From: an uncultured Acidobacteriota bacterium
GTDB lineage: Bacteria > Acidobacteriota > Polarisedimenticolia > J045
Length of the DNA: 35,289 nt
Direction: 5' to 3'
Assembly: GCA_963702425.1 (NCBI GenBank)
Contig: CAVPCQ010000004.1
Coordinates: forward strand, 1 to 35,289
Each line of letters opens with the position of its first letter. The stretch's first letter is position 1. This document shows, piece after piece, positions 1-8,374 of this stretch. Under the pieces are notes generated by a model that worked only from the letters and a program-made list of their open reading frames with translations, had not been told where the DNA came from and searched no databases. The position numbers and the translations under genes were made by a program.

Positions 1-33
1 CGAGAATGTCCCGCTCCTTCCTCGAGGACCCCG

Positions 34-2204
34 ATGCCGACCCGTCCCGCCGCCTCTGCCGCCGCCCTCCTGCTCGTCGCGCTCTCGCTCCCCGCCCTCG
101 CGCAGCCCTCCGACCCGGCCCCCGCCGCCGCGCGGCGGCCGATGACGGTCGAGGACCTGTGGTCGATCGTGCGCCCCGGCGCGATCGCGATCTCGCCCGA
201 CAGCACGCGCATCGCGTACCAGGCGACGGCGTGGAGCATGGCGGACAACAAGGGGAACACCGATCTCTGGTGGGTCCCGCTCGGCGGCGGCGAGCCGGCG
301 CGCCTGACGCGCCAGCCCGGCAGCGACAGCGCGCCCGCGTGGTCGCCCGACGGGGCCTGGATCTACTTCCTCTCGGCTCGCGAGGGGCAGGCCGCGCAGG
401 TCTACCGCCTCCCCTCCGCCGGCGGCGAGGCCGAGGCAGTCACCGCGCTCGGCGGCGGGGTGTCGGCGTTCCGGCTTTCGCCCGACGGGAAGAAGCTGCT
501 GGCCGCGTCGTCCTCCTTCAAGGAGTGCGGCGACGAGGCCTGCGCCACCGCGCGCCGCAAGGCCGACGCCGGGCTCGCGGCCTCGGGACGGATCTACGAC
601 GGGCTGCTCTATCGCCACTGGAATGCCTGGCGCGGCGACGAGCGCTCGCACGTCTTCCTCGTCGATCTCGCGGGCGGGGCGCCCCCCGTCGACCTGACCC
701 CGGGGGATGTCGACGTCCCGCCGCTCGCGCTCGGCTCTTCGCACGATTTCGCCTGGGCGCCGGACGGGGCGTCGGTGGCGCTGGTGGCCAACCGCGACCC
801 GGTGGTGGCGATCAGCACCAACAACGACGTCGAACAGCTGATGCTGGTGGACGGCAGGCCCGGCACCCGGACCACCATCTCGACCTCTCCCGGCAGCGAC
901 GCCGGCCCGCGCTTCTCGGCGGACGGCCGGACGCTCTACTGGACGTCGATGCCGCGCGGCGGCTTCGAGGCCGATCGGCGCACCCTGGTGGCCCGGGACC
1001 TCCCGACGGGGAGCGCCGGCCCGGGCGCGCTGCGCCAGCTCTTCGAGCAGCCGGACCTCTCGGTCAGCGATTTCGAGCTCGCGCCCAACGGCGACATCTA
1101 CTTCACCGCGCAGGACCGCGGCCGCCAGAGCCTGTTCCGGCTGCCGGTCGGCTCGTTGGCGGCGGCGGGTGCGTCCGGACCGATGGCGACCTCGACGAAG
1201 GTCGAGACCGTGCTGCGCGGCGGGAACGTCAAGGAGTTCGCCGTCGCGGCGGACGGGAAGTGCATCGTGCTGACGCTCGAGTCGCTCTCGATCTTCCCCG
1301 AGCTGTACCGGCTCGACCTGGAGAACGGTCAGCTCCGCCCGCTGACCCGGCACAACGAGATGCTGCAGCGCACGATCGAGCTGGGACAGGTCGACGAGCT
1401 GTGGTTCGAGGGTGGCGGCAAGGACAAGGTCCACGCGCTGGTCGTCCGGCCGCCGCGCTCGAAGATCGGGGCGGCGACGAAGGTCCCGGTCGTCGTGCTC
1501 GCGCACGGCGGCCCGCAGGGGGCCTGGCTCGACGAGATGCACGCCCGCTGGAACCAGCAGCTCTTCGCGGCGATGGGGTACGTGGTCGTCGCGCCGAACT
1601 TCCACGGCTCCACCGGCTACGGCCAGCCGTTCACGGACAGCATCAGCCGGGACTGGGGCGGCAAGCCCTACCAGGACGTGATGGCGTCGCTGGAGGCGGT
1701 CGCCGCGCAGGTTCCGGAAGCCGATGTTTCGCGGGCCTGCGCGGCCGGCGGCTCGTACGGCGGCTACATGGTCAACTGGCTGCTCGGCCAGACCGACCGC
1801 GCTTCCGCTGCTTCGTCTCGCACGCCGGGCTCTACGACATGGAGAGCTTCTACGGCGCGACCGAGGAGACCTGGTTCCCGGAGTGGGACTTCGGCGGCCC
1901 GTACTGGGCGGCGCCGGAGCTCTACGAGAAGTACTCCCCCTCGTCCTATGCCGCGAAGTTCAAGACCCCGACGCTCGTCATCCACGGCGAGCTCGACTAC
2001 CGCGTCCCGGTCACCCAGGCGATGCAGCTCTTCACCGCGCTGCAGCGCCAGGGGGTCCCGTCGCGGTTCCTGTACTTCCCGGACGAGGCCCATTTCATCG
2101 CCAAACCGGCCAACGCCCGGCTCTGGTGGAGCACGATCGAGGCCTGGTTCGCGAAGTACCTGGCCGATTCCGCGCCGTCGGCCGCCATCGATCGCGGACC
2201 GTAG
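34..2204 (+). CDS. Secreted S9-family (prolyl oligopeptidase/acylaminoacyl-type) peptidase, frameshifted near 1800
   Basis: ORF 34.. has a signal peptide, PD40-like repeats (PAWSPDG, RLSPDGK), HGGPQ and the nucleophile motif GGSYGG. After ~1800 the protein continues in the frame of ORF 6..2204 (FRCFVSHAG, HGELDYRV, FPDEAH), which supplies the catalytic Asp and His. Removing a duplicated GC in gaccgcGCttccgc restores one frame. Confidence 0.9.
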
Positions 2205-2230
2205 GGGCCGGCACGGGGCCGGCCCCTGCG
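2200..2230 (+). terminator. GC-rich stem-loop at the peptidase stop codon
   Basis: cgtaggggccggc-acggg-gccggcccctgcg inverted repeat with one G-U pair; no U-tract. Confidence 0.4.
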
Positions 2231-2318
2231 GGCCGGAGGGATCGGTCCGCGAAACGGGCGGAGGGGCGCATGTCGTCGTAGATTGACGGGCGCTCTGCGC
2301 CCCCCGGGAGGAGAACTC

Positions 2319-4064
2319 GTGCTGCGCCCGTCTTCGCCATCGGCCGTGCTGCCGGTCCTGTTCGCTGTCGTTCTGCTGGCCGCCTGCGCCTCGGCGCGTG
2401 GACCGGCGGACCCCGGCTCCCCGCCGGCCGGAATACCTCCCGCTCCGGGCGCGGAAGGGGAGACGGGCGACATCCCGGACAGCAAGCCGATCATCACCTA
2501 CGAGCCGGCGACGACCCCCTTCCAGAAGAATGCCGGCGGGGCGACGAACGTCCGCGTCAACCAGGACACCTCCGGCCGGAACCAGAACGAGACGACGATC
2601 GCCATCAACCCGCTCGACGCGAACAACTTCGTCGGCGGCGCCAACGACGCGCGCCTCGGGAGCTGGACGGCGGCCTTCTACACCACGACCGACGGCGGGC
2701 AGACCTGGATCGACGGGATCAGCCCCTACCGCAAGAACCCGAACCAGGGCGACCCCACCGTCGCCATCTGCGGCGACGGCACCGTCGTCTTCGGCTACCT
2801 CGACTACGTCGGCTCCTACCAGCCGGTGCGGCTCGTCGTCGCGAAGTCCAGCGACAAGGGGCTCACCTGGCCGCAGTTCGGCGTCGTGAGCGAGACGCCC
2901 GGGACCCCGTTCATCGACAAGCCGTACATCGCCTGCGCGCCGAACGGCACCGGCGGCTACGCCAACCGCGTGTACATGTCCTGGACCAATTTCGGGACGA
3001 CCACCAGCCCGATCCGTGTCGCCTACTCGACCGACCGCGGCGTCACCTGGACCGGCGCGAAGAACGTCTCGCCGTCGGGCGGGGTGCAGGGTTCGGTCCC
3101 GGTCGCCGGGCGGGCCGGCGTCGCGTACGTCTTCTGGGGCGGCTCGACCGGGATCGAGTTCGCCAAGTCGACCAACGGCGGCGTCTCCTGGTCCGCCTGG
3201 GACACCGTCTCGTCGGTCAGCGGCATCGGGGACGATCCCTGGTTCCGCCGCAACTCGTTCCCCACCGCGGCGATCGACAACTCCCGCACCGCGACCGACG
3301 GCTTCGTGTACGTCGCGTGGGCCGACAGCCGCAACGGCGACGCCGACATCCTGCTCTCGCGCTCGACCGATCGCGGGACGACCTGGTCGGCGCCGCTCCG
3401 GGTCAACGACGATCCGGTCGGCAACGGCCGCGACCAGTTCTTCCCGTGGATGGCCGTGGACGACAAGGGGAACGTCCACCTGATGTGGCACGACCGGCGC
3501 GAGGATGCGGCCGACAACCTGTACCACATCTTCGTCGCGACCTCGCGCGACGGCGGAGCGACCTTCGACCGCAACATCAAGATGACGGACGTCGCGTCGC
3601 GCAGCTCGCTGACCGGGTTCCTCGGCGACTACGCGGCGATCGCCGCCCATGGCGGCAAGATCGTGCCACTCTGGTCCGACCTGCGCGCCGGCACCGGCGA
3701 GGAGGACGTCTACATCGAGGTCGAGCCGATCTTCGACTACGACACGGTCCAGGGGGTCTCGTTCCCGAGCCGGTCGCTCGTCCAGTTCGACGACCAGGAG
3801 CCGCGGCTCGGGAGCGGCATCGTGTACGACGCGATCACGGGGCTGGTCTCGGACCTTGCCGCGCCCGACGCCTGGACCCGGGCCAACTGCGCCGCCGAGG
3901 ACCTCGCCGGGCCGCCCTTGGCGCTCGGCGAGCTGCCCCCCGCGGGCGACGCGCTCTACGTGCTGATCCGGGCCCAGGGCCCGCGCGGCGGGGGTTCCTA
4001 CGGCTCGGCGTCGGAGCACCCCGACGCCCGCGACCCCTTCGACGCCAACGCGGTCTGCAACTAG
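2319..4064 (+). CDS. Asp-box/BNR-repeat (sialidase-like beta-propeller) lipoprotein with an extra C-terminal domain
   Basis: GGAGGAG precedes the GTG at 2319. Lipobox VVLLAAC. Six Asp-box motifs: TTDGGQTW, SSDKGLTW, STDRGVTW, STNGGVSW, STDRGTTW, SRDGGATF. NETTIA, GDP, DKPY, DQFFPW and GDY motifs are typical of these proteins. Confidence 0.85.
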   Translation: MLRPSSPSAVLPVLFAVVLLAACASARGPADPGSPPAGIPPAPGAEGETGDIPDSKPIITYEPATTPFQKNAGGATNVRVNQDTSGRNQNETTIAINPLDANNFVGGANDARLGSWTAAFYTTTDGGQTWIDGISPYRKNPNQGDPTVAICGDGTVVFGYLDYVGSYQPVRLVVAKSSDKGLTWPQFGVVSETPGTPFIDKPYIACAPNGTGGYANRVYMSWTNFGTTTSPIRVAYSTDRGVTWTGAKNVSPSGGVQGSVPVAGRAGVAYVFWGGSTGIEFAKSTNGGVSWSAWDTVSSVSGIGDDPWFRRNSFPTAAIDNSRTATDGFVYVAWADSRNGDADILLSRSTDRGTTWSAPLRVNDDPVGNGRDQFFPWMAVDDKGNVHLMWHDRREDAADNLYHIFVATSRDGGATFDRNIKMTDVASRSSLTGFLGDYAAIAAHGGKIVPLWSDLRAGTGEEDVYIEVEPIFDYDTVQGVSFPSRSLVQFDDQEPRLGSGIVYDAITGLVSDLAAPDAWTRANCAAEDLAGPPLALGELPPAGDALYVLIRAQGPRGGGSYGSASEHPDARDPFDANAVCN

Positions 4065-4892
4065 CTAGGCCTCCGACCGGCCGGCGTGCGGTTGCGGTCC
4101 CCGCCTTGCGGGCACGATCGCCGGGGGCGAAGCGATCGCAACGAGCGGCATCCCGAACGCCCGCTCGGCCGCCAGCGAGGTGAGCACCTCGACCGGCGCG
4201 CCCTCCGCCGTCACGCGCCCGCCGTCGAGCAGCAGCACGCGCGTCGGCCCGCGCATCGCCAGCACCAGGTCGTGCAGCGACAGCACGACCGCCGCCCCGC
4301 CCCGCGCCAGCCCCGCGAGCAGGTCCATCACCTGGCAGGCGTGACCGACGTCGAGCGCGGTCGTCGGCTCGTCGAGCACCAGGATCGACGCCTCCTGCGC
4401 GATCGCCCGCGCCAGGTGGACGCGCCGCCGCTCGCCGGCCGACAGCTGCGTCAGCGGCCGCGCGGCCAGCGGCGCGACGTCGGCGCGCTCCATCGCGTCC
4501 CGCACGGCGCGGCGATCTGCCTCGCGCGGCGAGCGCAGCACGCCGAGGTGCGCAAAGCGACCCATCGCGACGGCATCGGCGACGGTGATGCCGAACTCCG
4601 TCCAGGTCTCCTGCGGCAGGAACGCGAGACGCCGCGCCAGCTCCCGGCGGGAAAGCGCGGCCAGCGGAGCGCCCGCGATGCGGACCTCGCCGCCGTCGAG
4701 CGGAAGGATCCCGGCGAGCGCCCGGAGCCAGGTCGTCTTTCCCGCGCCGTTCGGCCCGACGATCGCGACCATCTCCCCCGGCCGGAGCGCCAGGTCGACC
4801 CCCGCGAGGACTTCCCGGCCCCCGAGCCGAACCGAGACGGCGCGGCTCTCCAGCGCGGGGGACTCGGGAGCGGTCGACGTCGCGGCGGTCAT
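4065..4892 (-). CDS. ABC transporter ATP-binding protein (FecE/FhuC/HmuV/BtuD-like)
   Basis: Walker A GPNGAGKTT, Q-loop FLPQE, signature LSAGERRR, Walker B LVLDEPT, H-loop LHDL, and VAMGRF. Start re-assigned to MTAATS at 4892. Confidence 0.9.
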   Translation of the reverse strand: MTAATSTAPESPALESRAVSVRLGGREVLAGVDLALRPGEMVAIVGPNGAGKTTWLRALAGILPLDGGEVRIAGAPLAALSRRELARRLAFLPQETWTEFGITVADAVAMGRFAHLGVLRSPREADRRAVRDAMERADVAPLAARPLTQLSAGERRRVHLARAIAQEASILVLDEPTTALDVGHACQVMDLLAGLARGGAAVVLSLHDLVLAMRGPTRVLLLDGGRVTAEGAPVEVLTSLAAERAFGMPLVAIASPPAIVPARRGPQPHAGRSEA

Positions 4893-4930
4893 GGGCGCGG
4901 GGAGTGTACGGCGACCGGGGGTGCTCCGGC

Positions 4931-5794
4931 TCAGCGCCGCCGCTTCGCCGGCTTGCGGCCGCGCGCGACCGCCACCGCCGCGGACGGCGCCGCGGACGGC
5001 TTCCAGTCCGGCTCGTGGGAGGCGCGATGCCGCCGGTCGAGGACCACGTACCCGGCGACGGCCGCGACGAAGAGGCCGATGGTGACCAGTTGCGAGGTGC
5101 TCAGCAGGCCGCCGAAGACGAAGCCGCGCTCGGCGTCGCCGCGGAAGTACTCGAGGACGAAGCGGCTGACCGAGTAGAGCGCGACGAACACCGTGATCAC
5201 CTGGCCGTGGAAGCGCTTGTGCGCGTAGACGTAGATCACGATGCCGAGCAGGACGAAGCCGTTCAGCGAGGAGTAGAGCTGGGTCGGATGGAGCGGTACG
5301 CCGGGCAGGCCGCGGTGGATCTGCTGCGCCACCTCGGGGAACGTCACCGCCCAGGGGAGATCGGTCGGCGTGCCCCAGCAGCAGCCCGACAGGAAGCAAC
5401 CCAACCGGCCGACCGCCTCCGCGATCGCTGCCACCGGCGCGAGGATGTCGAGCGCCTGCAGTGCCGGAAGTCCGATCCTGTGAAAGCGATAGGCCCCGAA
5501 AGCGACGGCCGCGACGAGACCGCCCACGAAGACGCCGGTCGAGAAGACCAGCAGCCTCCATCCGCCGGGCGTCCCGAAGTAGCGCTCCCAGTTGATGACC
5601 GCCTCGAGCACCCGGCCGCCGGCGAGTCCGACGATGATCGACCAGAACACGGCGTCCATCGTCGCCTGCGGGTCCCGGCCCTCGATGCTCGCGAACCGGC
5701 GAGTCGCCAGCATCGCGATGATCAGCGCGAGCGCGGCGAAAACGCCGTAGCTGGGCAGCGGGATCGGGCCGATCTGAAACAGGAACGGATACAT
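4931..5794 (-). CDS. lgt: Prolipoprotein diacylglyceryl transferase
   Basis: MYPFLFQIGP..SYG, GRLGCFLSGCCWG, LPWAVTFP, HPTQLY, RFVLEYFRGD; multiple TM helices. Confidence 0.92.
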   Translation of the reverse strand: MYPFLFQIGPIPLPSYGVFAALALIIAMLATRRFASIEGRDPQATMDAVFWSIIVGLAGGRVLEAVINWERYFGTPGGWRLLVFSTGVFVGGLVAAVAFGAYRFHRIGLPALQALDILAPVAAIAEAVGRLGCFLSGCCWGTPTDLPWAVTFPEVAQQIHRGLPGVPLHPTQLYSSLNGFVLLGIVIYVYAHKRFHGQVITVFVALYSVSRFVLEYFRGDAERGFVFGGLLSTSQLVTIGLFVAAVAGYVVLDRRHRASHEPDWKPSAAPSAAVAVARGRKPAKRRR

Positions 5795-5832
5795 GGCTCG
5801 CTTCACCGCCCTCGTCGAACCCGGCGCGGCGC

Positions 5833-5841
5833 AGGATAGCA
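5833..5841 (-). promoter_or_regulatory. Putative extended -10 element for lgt
   Basis: Minus strand reads TGcTATCCT, ~40 nt upstream of the lgt ATG. Confidence 0.4.
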
Positions 5842-5871
5842 CGGCGATCGCGGCACGCTCCGCCCGCGGGA

Positions 5872-6888
5872 CTACCGCGCGGCGCGGCCGGGGCCGCGGA
5901 AGCCTCCGTTCTCCTTCAGGATCTCGGTGAACTTCCGCATCACGGGCCGCGCGACCCAGAACGGGAAGTTCACGTGCGGGGCGAGCGCGGCCACGCGCTG
6001 CCACCTCTCGGGGAGGAGCGCCTTCGCGAAGGCCGTCAGGCTGCGCGGCGAGCACGGCTTCCGGCCCTTCTCGTCGCGCAGCCCTGCGCCGCGCACGACC
6101 TCTGCCGCGATCAGCACGCGGCCGGTGCTGCGCAGGATGTCCGGCCGGGCGGCCAGGACCGCGACCGCGCGGCCGGCCACCATCGTCGACTCGCCGTAGG
6201 CCTCGAAGACGCGCCGGTACCCGGGCGTCGCCTCGTCCATCAGCTGTTCGGTCAGCTCCGTCCGAACGAGCCCGGGCCAGAGCGAGATCACCGCGACGCC
6301 TTCGCCCTGCAGCTCGATCGCCATGTCGGCGGTCAGGCGATCCAGCGCCGCCTTGCCGACCCCGTAGGCCACGTTGAAGAGGTACGCGATCGAGCCGAAG
6401 GAGGAGACGTTGACGATCAGCCCGCTGCGCTGCCGGGCCATCAGCCGGGCGGCGTGGACCGACGCGACGTAGTGGCCGCGCAGGCCGACCTCGTTCATCC
6501 GGTCCCAGTCCTCCGGCTCGATCTCCCAGAACCGCCGGTGGACCCCCTCCGCGATCTCATGGACGCCGGAATGGACGTTGTTGACGAGCACGTCGAGGCG
6601 GCCCGCCTCGGCCTCGATCCGCGCGAACAGGGCGCGGATCTCCTCGTCCCGGCCGTGGTCGCAGCGGACCGGGATACCCCGCCCGCCCAGCGCGTCGACC
6701 TCGGCGGCGACGCTCTCGATCGTCCCCGGCTCCGGTGTTGCACCGCGCTGGACCGTCCGGCCCGTCACGTAGACCGTCGCCCCCGACTCGCCGAGGCCCC
6801 GCGCGATTCCCCGCCCGACCCCGCGGCTCGCGCCGCTGACGAGCGTCATCTTGCCTGCGAGTGGTTTCGCGCCCGGATCCGCGTACAT
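5872..6888 (-). CDS. Short-chain dehydrogenase/reductase (DHRS1-like)
   Basis: SGASRGVGRG Rossmann motif, RLDVLVNN, NVSS, catalytic YGVGK, SLWPGLVRTE. Confidence 0.92.
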   Translation of the reverse strand: MYADPGAKPLAGKMTLVSGASRGVGRGIARGLGESGATVYVTGRTVQRGATPEPGTIESVAAEVDALGGRGIPVRCDHGRDEEIRALFARIEAEAGRLDVLVNNVHSGVHEIAEGVHRRFWEIEPEDWDRMNEVGLRGHYVASVHAARLMARQRSGLIVNVSSFGSIAYLFNVAYGVGKAALDRLTADMAIELQGEGVAVISLWPGLVRTELTEQLMDEATPGYRRVFEAYGESTMVAGRAVAVLAARPDILRSTGRVLIAAEVVRGAGLRDEKGRKPCSPRSLTAFAKALLPERWQRVAALAPHVNFPFWVARPVMRKFTEILKENGGFRGPGRAAR

Positions 6889-6918
6889 GTACCCGAGGAT
6901 AGGACCTCCGAGGGTACG

Positions 6919-7668
6919 ATGTCATTCGTGGGCCGCGTCAGCTCGACCCGAATCCCCGTCCCGGACCTGCTCGAGCGGGCCGTCCTGACGATTGCGGTCG
7001 TGACCTGGTTCATCGTCGGCTACTTCAGCGTGGGGCGATCGCTCGACGCGAGCCGGGCCTACAGCCTGGCGACGCCGCTCGACGCTCTCATCCCCTTCGT
7101 CGCGCCGACGGTCTGGATCTACCTCTGGGTCTTCCCGGCGACGCTCGTTCCGGTGTTCTTCGTCCGCTCCCGCGACCTCTTCCGCCGGACCGTGCTCGCC
7201 TACACCGTCGTCATCTCGATCTCACTGGTCTGCTTCGTCGCGCTCCCCGTCACCTCGCTCGGGTTTCGCGTCGATCCGAAGACGCTCGACGTGTCCCGCT
7301 TTTCCCCGTGGGCGGTGGCGGCCGTCTACGCGATCGACCCGCCCTTCAACCTGTTCCCGTCGCTGCACCTCTCGACCGCCACCGTCGCTGCCTTCTCGGC
7401 GTGGAAAGCGCGACGCCTCTACGGCAAGGCGATGTTCGTCGGGGTCGCCCTGATCGGCGTGTCGATCTGCACGGTGAAGCAGCACTTCATCGTCGACGGA
7501 ATCGCCGGCGTCGCGCTGGCCTCCGCGGCCTACGCCGTGCTGATCCGGGGCTACCGGCCCGAGCCCGGCACCGACCCGGCCTTCTCGTGGCGGGGGCCGG
7601 CGCTCTTCGTCGCCCTCGTGCTGGCGGCCTATGCCGGGCTCTTCGTCGCCTTCCGCTGGGGCGCCTGA
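6919..7668 (+). CDS. PAP2-superfamily membrane phosphatase/phosphotransferase (AUR1/IPC-synthase-like)
   Basis: About six hydrophobic helices; TPLDALIPF, NLFPSLH and KQHFIVD catalytic motifs. Start is 6919 (ATG) or 6928 (GTG). Confidence 0.85.
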   Translation: MSFVGRVSSTRIPVPDLLERAVLTIAVVTWFIVGYFSVGRSLDASRAYSLATPLDALIPFVAPTVWIYLWVFPATLVPVFFVRSRDLFRRTVLAYTVVISISLVCFVALPVTSLGFRVDPKTLDVSRFSPWAVAAVYAIDPPFNLFPSLHLSTATVAAFSAWKARRLYGKAMFVGVALIGVSICTVKQHFIVDGIAGVALASAAYAVLIRGYRPEPGTDPAFSWRGPALFVALVLAAYAGLFVAFRWGA

Positions 7669-7680
7669 GCACGGCCCGAG

Positions 7681-7809
7681 ATGGAGCGTGCCTTCCTCGA
7701 GTCGGACGAGGGCTACGACGGCGTCTTCTGGACCGCCGTACGCACCACCGGGATCTTCTGCCGCCCGTCGTGTCCCGCGCGCAAACCGAAGGCGGCGCGC
7801 TTCAACTGA
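7681..7809 (+). pseudogene. Truncated Ada N-terminal metal-binding domain (42 aa)
   Basis: Hand translation gives [42 protein letters not shown]. This matches the Ada DG.F..AV.TTGI.CRPSC motif but stops before the second CxxC pair. Confidence 0.8.
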
Positions 7810-7833
7810 ACCGGGCCTCGTCGAAGCGGCGCG

Positions 7834-8325
7834 CTACTCGGTCAGTGCGTGGATGATCTGCTTCTCGTCGCTGCCGACCCGCGTCATCGCCGCGCCGATC
7901 GGGCCGCCGAACATCTTCGCCATCATCGAGATGTTGAGTTTGGAGAGGAACACCTTGCCGGCGTCGGTCTCGTAGAGCGCCCAGTGGCAGGGCATCATCC
8001 CCATCATCCGCGCCTCGGCGCCGACCACCTGGCTGGCGAAGGCGGGGTTGCACAGGAAGAAAATCTTCGCGCGCCGGATCCCCTCCGCCTTGTGCCCCCG
8101 CTTGGCGAGCGCGGCGACGAAGTCGAGCTCGGGGATCGGCATCCCCCAGCCGGGCACGACGTTGGGCACCTTCTCGACGATCCGCCGCTCGGCGTCCTCG
8201 AACTTCAGCGGCAGCTCGGTGGCGACGATCATCTTCGTGCGCAGCGTCCCGACGACGACGAAGAGCACCAGCGCGGCGCCGGCGGCGAGGCCGGCGAGTC
8301 CGAAGAGCAGGGTGACGGGCAGCAT
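7834..8325 (-). CDS. DUF302-like protein with N-terminal membrane anchor
   Basis: GGAGG upstream of ATG 8325; N-terminal TM; FLCNP..A....MMPC..ALYE...GKV pattern. Confidence 0.75.
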   Translation of the reverse strand: MLPVTLLFGLAGLAAGAALVLFVVVGTLRTKMIVATELPLKFEDAERRIVEKVPNVVPGWGMPIPELDFVAALAKRGHKAEGIRRAKIFFLCNPAFASQVVGAEARMMGMMPCHWALYETDAGKVFLSKLNISMMAKMFGGPIGAAMTRVGSDEKQIIHALTE

Positions 8326-8374
8326 CTCGAATCCTCCGTGAAGGCCCTCCCATGATGCGCGTGGCCGCCCCTCG

